Source: Andalucia godoyi And28
Taxonomy: Eukaryota > Protista > Jakobida
NCBI GenBank assembly: GCA_009859145.1
Contig: VRVR01000014.1
Coordinates: 189,618 to 253,617, forward strand
Direction: 5' to 3'
DNA: 64,000 nt
Part shown: piece by piece, positions 57,228 to 64,000 of the stretch
How the letters are laid out: each line of letters opens with the position of its first letter
How positions within the stretch are numbered: the first letter of the stretch is position 1
Program-made: the position numbers and the translations under genes
The notes under the pieces: model-generated
The model's database searches: none
What the model was told of the DNA's origin: nothing
What the model saw: only the letters and a program-made list of their open reading frames with translations

Positions 57228-58415
57228 TCAATGCTCAGGCGCGTTCATGGTGCGCGCAGCGCGGAACTGAAACGCAGAGGCTCGCCGAATCCCCTGGAGA
57301 TCTGTGCAATCTGTGACTTTGACGCTCTGCCGTCCACCTGTCTCGAACAATTTTTGAACTTCACTGTGCTGACCCGCTCCATATTCCACAACGCACAGAA
57401 ACTCATGAAGAAGTTCCGTATGTGCGAGTTGTCGATAGAAAATGAGCCCATCAGGGCCGCCGTCAAGAGCCGTACGAGGCTCGTATGATTGAACTGTTGG
57501 TTCCAGATCAGCAATCTGCGCCGTCGGGATGTATGGAGGATTTGACACAATGACGATGGATCGTTCTCTTTCTCGAGGATCTTCTAGGATGACCCGCTCC
57601 CACCTGGGTTGCAAAACGTCACAGTTGTGCAGACGGCATCGGTCAATCACGCCGTGCATCGAGAAGTTGCTGAGTGCAACTTCCAAAGCTGCAGCACTCT
57701 TGTCTATGGCAATCCCTGCACTGCCGGGCAACTCAAGCAACACTGGTAGTTTTGTCAGTCAAGTGGTGGAACAATGTAAAATGCTGCAAACACATACGCG
57801 TTGCCAGAACGCATCCGCTTCCTGTTCCAACGTCGACAAACAACGGAGGACGGTCACAGAATTTCTTCACACAGTCCAGCGTCAAATCGACCAGCTACAT
57901 TTTGGGGTTGTACCAAAACAAGACGAGGTAAGAAAAATCGAAGAGATAACATGAGACAAGTCTTGATTGGGATGCAAAACTCTGTACATACGCATTCAGT
58001 TTCCGGTCTCGGGCAAAGCACATCACCAGTCACCTTGAACTGGCGCGAATAGAATTCCTTTTTCCCAACAATGTGCGCAAGTGGAGTTCCAGAGCATCGA
58101 AGCGTGCACAAGCTACCCACGGTTTGTTTGTTGTTTTTGTATTTTTCCGGCCGAACATGTAAGCTTTCAAGACTGTTCTTCAATGATGTACATTAAACAC
58201 GGACAGGAAAAACACACATACTCCTGACACGAATTCCACGTGCTGTCTTCTACTTTGCTCGCGAGCGGCATGCTGTAGAATGGCTGCTGACAAGCATGCT
58301 CCAACAGCACACGAGCCTCAGTATGCGCGCTCTCGCCAACAGATTGGCACGCTCTCAGTCGAGACGACAGGATGCCGAACGCCTCACTGACCGACACAGA
58401 GAATCGCCGGAGCAT
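57228..58415 (-). CDS. HEMK1: HemK/PrmC release-factor glutamine methyltransferase, probably mitochondrial; complement(join(57228..57742,57798..57894,57992..58112,58222..58415))
   Basis: Three GTATGT...AG introns with matching phases; PLAHIVGKKEFY, VLCPRPETE, VDVGTGSGC, VSNPPYIP, YEPRTALDGGPDGL. Confidence 0.92.
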
Positions 58416-59016
58416 CGCTTCCTCCAACAAAGAAAGCCAGCGAGAGAATGCAAAATCCGAAACTCCTGTTTTTTGTTGTTTTATTGTTGTTGGCTTTTCA
58501 AAGCTTTCCAGAATTGGAGGGGCGGGAAACCTGCGTTTTGGAATACTCTAAAAAAAGAAGCAGAAAATGCTCCGCGATTCCTTGAAGTTGATCTTCTCTA
58601 AAACTCGAACTGGGTGCGTTTCTTTGGGAGGGAGGGCTTTTGGTTCGCTCGTCTGCGCGAGAGACTGGCACAAACTGCATTCAGGTCCCCTGACGATCGT
58701 CTGTTGGTGCGCCAGCACGTGAGTTGTGGGTCGCTGCACGGTGTTTGATTGTTTCGTGGATGCGCAGTCGCGCTTGGAAAAAGCAGCCCTGTTGGTGCAT
58801 CGGCCTTTTTCGTGCGCAAGGCGAGTTTATCAAGTAGTGGTCGAATGGAACCGAACTCGACCTCTCGACTGCAGCAACGTACATGAATCGTCCTTGTTTA
58901 TAAAAACAATGTTTTTCCAGACGAATTCATGCAATAGAGTGGTATCTTTTCAAGAATAATTCAGAATTTTTAAAAACAAAACAAAAACCGAACAACAAAA
59001 AAAACATCCCACAAAC

Positions 59017-59925
59017 ATGATCTCTCGCCAAGCCCGCACTGTGCATCACCGAAATTCAGGACGAAATGGTTGTGTCGCTCTAATTCATGCAACGATGCTT
59101 CTGGCCTCCATCGTATCCCTCATTTTCGCTTTCCTAGTCGTACTGGATCAAGCGCCGATGGTGACGGCTTCTGGAAACAACTCGGATGCAGAGCCGTTCC
59201 TGAAATGCTTCCTGCGACGATACGAAATCTCGCTTGACGGAAACGAGGTCCTTGATCGTGCGTTTGCACAAGTTGCGGATGACTGGCCTCTGTCCACAAT
59301 GCAGAATCTCCGCAAATTGCTATATGCGTTTGGCAACGCAGGGGTTCTGACACTTTGTCTGGTCACATCATTTTGCATCTTTGCGATCGCATCTGCCAGC
59401 ACTCTTGCGGGGTTGTTTTCTGCTTCACTGCGTGCTGACGGACGCCTGATCAGCATTTCTTGTGCAGTGCATGTGATGACTGCCTTGTCTTCTGCAGCTG
59501 CGGCAGTCGCCTACATCGTTGACATTCCTTCGGATTCCCAAGTGTTTGAAGCAGTTCAGGGATCCGTACCGAATCCCGCAGACTCGTACTCGATTCGATA
59601 TGGTGAAGCCATTTACGGATCGATGCTTTCTGCGGCTGTCCATTTTGTGGCGTTTGTGGTGCTCATGATCGTCGCGTCCAAGCCTCCTGCTGCCCCAACG
59701 GCACCATCTGCGGCGCACTACGCTGATGAGACGTATGGTCTGAGCGTCAACGGCGACTCGCTGGCGAATGGGGCAACCTACCGTTGCGGATCAACAGTGA
59801 CTTCATATGGTTCGACTGGATACGGATCCATGGGTGTGCAGCCCTCTTGTCCGCCTGCCGAAGCAGTTGCACAGCCGGAAGACGAGAACGCGTTCCTGGT
59901 CGACTCCGAACCGCTGTCCGTTTAA
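59017..59925 (+). CDS. Four-TM membrane protein (claudin/PMP22-like topology), uncharacterised
   Basis: 302-aa ATG ORF with four hydrophobic segments and a Y/G/S-rich cytosolic tail. Confidence 0.7.
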   Translation: MISRQARTVHHRNSGRNGCVALIHATMLLASIVSLIFAFLVVLDQAPMVTASGNNSDAEPFLKCFLRRYEISLDGNEVLDRAFAQVADDWPLSTMQNLRKLLYAFGNAGVLTLCLVTSFCIFAIASASTLAGLFSASLRADGRLISISCAVHVMTALSSAAAAVAYIVDIPSDSQVFEAVQGSVPNPADSYSIRYGEAIYGSMLSAAVHFVAFVVLMIVASKPPAAPTAPSAAHYADETYGLSVNGDSLANGATYRCGSTVTSYGSTGYGSMGVQPSCPPAEAVAQPEDENAFLVDSEPLSV

Positions 59926-59959
59926 AACCATTTTGTGTCTAAAACCATTTTGTGTCTAA

Positions 59960-60700
59960 ATTGTACATATGTAAAATGTATCCCATTTGCTCCTGTCGGG
60001 TATATTGAAGCTGATGCAACGCGCGTCACCGTCCTCCCCCTTCCCATGAGACGGGAAATCACACACAACTGGAAAAACAGAAGCCGGCTCCCAAAATGAG
60101 CAAAAATGCAGTCGTGCACTGTAGATCAAGTTGGGTCTAACGCTACCGTCACACCCACCATTCTTTTGTCGGTTTTTGCCAGACTCGCTAGCAGGTGAAA
60201 CCGTGAGTGTCCGTCGTGATCGATACTCCACTATAAGTTTGTGCTGTGCGCTTTTCTCCACTTTTCTTCATCATCGTCGCCATCATCGTCGTCGTCTTCT
60301 TCCGTCGGATCAGACGCCTTCTCCTATGACCCTCCGACCCAAACGTCTGCTGGACGGCTGTGTATATCATCGGATAGCATGGCTGAGTTGGCAGCCGTCG
60401 ACATTGCTGCTGAATGAAGACCGACCTTCTTCCCTGTGCAGATTGCTGTTACCAGTTGTCGTTGTCGTTGTCGTTGTCGTTGCGGCGGAGTAGGTGTGCA
60501 GGTCGAGGCCCCATGAGAGACGCTGTCGAATACCGACAACCGATTCCTTGTAATCGATGATGGGCGCTGATGTGGATTGTAAAAGTCCCTTTTACGCCAA
60601 ATAAACTGTTTTTTGAGGCGCAACATGTGAGCCGAATGCTTGGAGACGTTTTGGGTTGGAGGGTAATGCCGACACAGCCAGTCTACGCTTGATGCTACAT
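59960..60700 (-). mobile_element. Decayed fragment, putative RLE-type non-LTR retrotransposon C-terminus (longest relic)
   Basis: Similar to 5235-5680, and shares GCCGGCTCCC...AATGCAGTC with the 26236-26293 and 29706-29766 segments. Peptides DWLCRHYPP, MLRL, RPADVW, LTVSPA, FPVVCD. Confidence 0.5.
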
Positions 60701-60842
60701 GCGCTGATCGCGTCTTTTTGCGTAGTTGAGATTTCTTCCGAGGTTTTTCGACTTTAGAGGTCGATGACGACTGTTCCTGTACCAAGTGGTTGAGATCTTT
60801 CTTTTGCGGGTTTGCGGCTGGGAGAGATTAGTGGTGCGGAAA

Positions 60843-61124
60843 ATGTCGTGTCCCTTTGCCCCGTTTGTACGTCTAGCTCCGTTTTTTGCATCCTTGGTTC
60901 CGATTGCAGGTACTTTCTATCGGTCGCATCCGAAAGCTGCCATTGCGGTTGGGGTCAGTGGTGGCGGAGCGGCATTGTTCCTTGGGTATGTGCAACTTCG
61001 GCAATATGAGAAGGATGCTGACCCAAATGCTGTTGCTCCTGGAGACAAGATGAGCATTAACCAACAAAGAGCGTTCCAAGCGAGCAACGCACCTAGCGGC
61101 ATTGTCCAGAGTCAAGGGGCGTGA
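60843..61124 (+). CDS. Small (93 aa) putative single-TM protein
   Basis: ATG 60843; hydrophobic AAIAVGVSGGGAALFLGYV followed by a polar tail. No family recognised. Confidence 0.5.
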   Translation: MSCPFAPFVRLAPFFASLVPIAGTFYRSHPKAAIAVGVSGGGAALFLGYVQLRQYEKDADPNAVAPGDKMSINQQRAFQASNAPSGIVQSQGA

Positions 61125-61365
61125 TTGGTGAAAGGGGAAATCTTACTATAATCAGCCGTCCGGCAGTCCCAGTGCATTTTTCTCATGTTCTCCTTCCTTC
61201 TGCTGTACAATACCAATTTTATTTTATTTTTATTTTTACCCTCCTCCCAAGTTACGGATTCAATGATCTATCAAGCGTAAAACCACCCGTAAATGACAAA
61301 CGGAGCAGCAATCTCGCGAATAATATACATAAAGAAGAGAGAAAATGCAGGAGGCAGAATGACGC

Positions 61366-62889
61366 TTATGGAGCACTGACGGATTCAAGCTCAAATGGAA
61401 AGTCCAGAGCAATGTCCATCTCTTCGGGAGGCATCTTCCACTCCAAGAACCGCCACAAAAGATGATCAAAAGCAGCTAACCCAACAAGAAGCTTTCCAAA
61501 CACCTGTCCACAGCCATAATACCTTCGAAAACGTTCAAGCAGCGGTGTTGACGCGGTAACCATGATCTTGCGATACACACGTTCTGTTCGGACTGCAACA
61601 TCATCCCACGAATAAGACATGACAATTTCATCATGGAATGCATGAGGATCCACGGAACGAATGGACGAAATTGCTTCACACGTCGCATCAACCAACGCTC
61701 GAGGATCAGGATCCGCAAGGCGCACCATCTTTTCTGGCAATACTTCTGGAATGCCTCCGACATTCGTGGATACGACAAGCAGTCCACAGCATGCAGCTTC
61801 TAAAATAGCAATGCAGAAAGCTTCTGTGAGCGACGTATTCAAGAAGATATGTCCTCTTTGAAGCACCCGAGCAACTTGGCTGTGCGGAACCGCGCCTAAG
61901 AACTCGATACGATCAAACAGACCGTGTTTCTCAGTCATCTCTTCCAGCTGCGTACGTCGCGGCCCGTCGCCTCCAATGACGAAGCGAACATTCTTGAAAC
62001 GCGCACACACGGCAGGAATTACATCCACAAGCAAGTCGACTCCCTTTCGATAGACAAGTCGGGTGACGACAACAATCGTAATTGTGTCTTCATCTGGGCG
62101 AAGAGTTGCATTTCGATTTCCCGGAAGCGGAATAAACTGTGAAGTATCCACAGCATTGGGTATCACTGACACCCGAGAAGGTTCAAGAGCAGCTCGCAGC
62201 ACCGTGTTTTCACGGGACGTATGAGAAACGCAGATGACTTGATCCACATCGGAAAGGGAGAACTTAAGAAGTTTGTTGATGTGAATGCAAGCCGCATCGG
62301 CAAACCCAAAAAGGGAATGATCTGTAAATGTGACACGAAGTCCCATGGTCCTCGCATGCATCATTGCTTCATGGCACAACGTCGATGTCGCCTGGTGACC
62401 ATGAACGATGTGGATTCTTTCTCGGAGAAAAATCGAACGGAAAACAGCAAACGCGCCAAACAACGTAGGAAGCGTGGTGGCGCCTGCTGGAGTCTCAATC
62501 GCATGGAAAGGAACATAATACACTTTCAATCCAGACGTGATGTATCGAACACCGGTTCGGTTGCCGTATTGTCGCGTGACGACAACCACTTTGTGGCCTC
62601 GTTTAATCAAACATTGGCTCAGATTGTAAATATGGGATTCAACTCCTCCGAAGCCAGGGAAAAAGAAATCCGAAACCATGCAAATATGAATTCGTGAAGG
62701 GGATTGTGTGTTTGGTTCCGTGGATGCTTGGCGGATTGCAGGTGGATGGTCGAACCGCAGTTCAGGCGGAACAGAAAGATGGTGCTCGCCAAACACAGAA
62801 AGCCGTTCTCCATACATGCCGCTTGTCGTGTTCGGAGCAGATGAAGATTGAGGGTACATTTCAAACAAGGATCTCTGAGATGACGCCAT
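61366..62889 (-). CDS. PIGA: GPI-GlcNAc transferase catalytic subunit
   Basis: ICMVSDFFFPGFGGVESHIY, LKVYYVP, FTDHSLFGFADAACIHINK, VSHTSRENTVLRA, FLNTSLTEAFCIAILEAA. Confidence 0.97.
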   Translation of the reverse strand: MASSQRSLFEMYPQSSSAPNTTSGMYGERLSVFGEHHLSVPPELRFDHPPAIRQASTEPNTQSPSRIHICMVSDFFFPGFGGVESHIYNLSQCLIKRGHKVVVVTRQYGNRTGVRYITSGLKVYYVPFHAIETPAGATTLPTLFGAFAVFRSIFLRERIHIVHGHQATSTLCHEAMMHARTMGLRVTFTDHSLFGFADAACIHINKLLKFSLSDVDQVICVSHTSRENTVLRAALEPSRVSVIPNAVDTSQFIPLPGNRNATLRPDEDTITIVVVTRLVYRKGVDLLVDVIPAVCARFKNVRFVIGGDGPRRTQLEEMTEKHGLFDRIEFLGAVPHSQVARVLQRGHIFLNTSLTEAFCIAILEAACCGLLVVSTNVGGIPEVLPEKMVRLADPDPRALVDATCEAISSIRSVDPHAFHDEIVMSYSWDDVAVRTERVYRKIMVTASTPLLERFRRYYGCGQVFGKLLVGLAAFDHLLWRFLEWKMPPEEMDIALDFPFELESVSAP

Positions 62890-63286
62890 TTTTTATAATT
62901 TACTTTTTGTTGGTTTATTACGATTTCTAATGGTTGACGTGCTTGATTTTCATGCTCTGAATGTATGTGGTCAAAAAAAGGGGAAAGGAAATTCGGGCGA
63001 ACGGTCGACTACGGCATCGAGTGTGTGCAGTAGCCATAATATCGCAGGATATCACATGCGAAATCTACCAGTAGGCGTCCTGGCGGCAGACGTCCCCACC
63101 AGCGACTGGTGTTTTTTTTGCCTTCTTCTTCTTCTCCGTCTTGGACCATTCCTTTCCCCGCAAAAAAAGAAAAAACAAAAGCAAAACAAAATCAAAATCA
63201 AAATCAAAAACAAAAAAGAGGAAATTCTGAAACCCAATCAGTAAAGTTAGCATCGTCATCACACGCATTGTCTAACGGTTGTGAAC

Positions 63287-64000
63287 ATGGTGGACGCTCT
63301 TCCCTCAAAAGATGCATCGAACTTCCGTGCAATGGTTCGCTTGTACGAATCAAAGGAATACAAACGCTCGATCAAGACTGCGGATGCCATTCTGAAGTCG
63401 CACCCCAACCATGGCGAAACCCTTTCTATGAAGGGCCTGGTGCTTTCTCAAATGGGCGATGCCAAACGTAGCGAGGCCTTCGACTATGCAAAGAAGGGTT
63501 TGATGTTTGGGATTAAGTCTCATGTTTGCTGGCATGTCTATGGTCTTCTTTATCGGCAGGACCGCAAGTATGTGGAAGCCATCAAGTCCTACAAGAACGC
63601 TCTTCGTATTGATCCTGAGAACACGCAGATTTGGCGTGATCTTTCTCTGCTCCAGGTGCAACTGCGGGACGTGCATGGGTATGTTGAGTCTCGAAGGAAG
63701 ATTCTGGAGGCTAAGCCCACTGGTCGCATTTCGTGGTTGTCTCTGGTTATCGCTCATCAGTTGTGCAAAGATTTTGACATGGCCTTGAAGGTTTTGGAAG
63801 CATATGAAGGTACGGTTGTGAAGGATAGTGCAGAAGCGCACAACAATTTCGAGCAGTCTGAGATCAATCTGTACAAGGTTCAACTGCAATTGGAGTCTGG
63901 CAACGTTGACGCTGCATATGATACTTTGGTCTCGAAGGAAACAGCGATCGTTGACAAGGTCTCTTATATGGAGCTTAAGGCGCTGCTTGCCGAGAAGAAA
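63287..64000 (+). CDS. NAA15: NatA N-terminal acetyltransferase auxiliary subunit; 3' end runs off the window
   Basis: Not in the ORF track; translated by hand from ATG 63287: MVDALPSKDASNF...YESKEYK...HPNHGETLSMKGL...KSHVCWHVYGLLYRQDRKYVEAIKSYKNALRIDPENTQIWRDLSLLQVQLRD. Confidence 0.95.
   Translation, partial: MVDALPSKDASNFRAMVRLYESKEYKRSIKTADAILKSHPNHGETLSMKGLVLSQMGDAKRSEAFDYAKKGLMFGIKSHVCWHVYGLLYRQDRKYVEAIKSYKNALRIDPENTQIWRDLSLLQVQLRDVHGYVESRRKILEAKPTGRISWLSLVIAHQLCKDFDMALKVLEAYEGTVVKDSAEAHNNFEQSEINLYKVQLQLESGNVDAAYDTLVSKETAIVDKVSYMELKALLAEKK

Noticed and set aside
59924-59957. 17-bp tandem duplication (AAAACCATTTTGTGTCT x2) as a CRISPR-like array or TSD
   Set aside because: Only two adjacent units, no spacers, and no matching copy on the far side of the relic; likely slippage.

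Overview
This is eukaryotic nuclear DNA in the standard genetic code: gene-dense and intron-poor, with short GT-AG introns (about 40-180 nt) and A/T-rich, microsatellite-rich intergenic spacers. Flagellar/centriolar and meiotic genes point to a flagellated protist; a jakobid-like identity is only a guess. About 20 protein genes are supported: a TPR protein (partial), a Kelch protein, two different glycyl-tRNA synthetases in tandem, RB-like, PEX7-like, UBA3, SPATA4-like, an SLC5 symporter, a possible TALPID3-like protein, an RluA pseudouridine synthase, PSMD9/NAS2, an SYCP2/Red1-like meiotic axis protein, 3R-MYB, VPS13, DPH6, calponin, a CLC, HemK, a 4-TM protein, PIG-A and NAA15 (partial). Highlights: (1) a ~480-bp element in two ~97% identical copies (26480-26956, 33710-34189) carrying a broken TnpB/Fanzor-type N-terminus, an NLS-like peptide and RNA hairpins; (2) a CLC with both proton-coupling glutamates replaced by Gln and the central Tyr by Phe; (3) a box C/D snoRNA matching SNORD46/snR63; (4) five scattered fragments that look like relics of an RLE-type non-LTR retrotransposon; (5) bacterial-type and eukaryotic-type GlyRS genes side by side. 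All family assignments come from motif recognition by eye; no searches were run.
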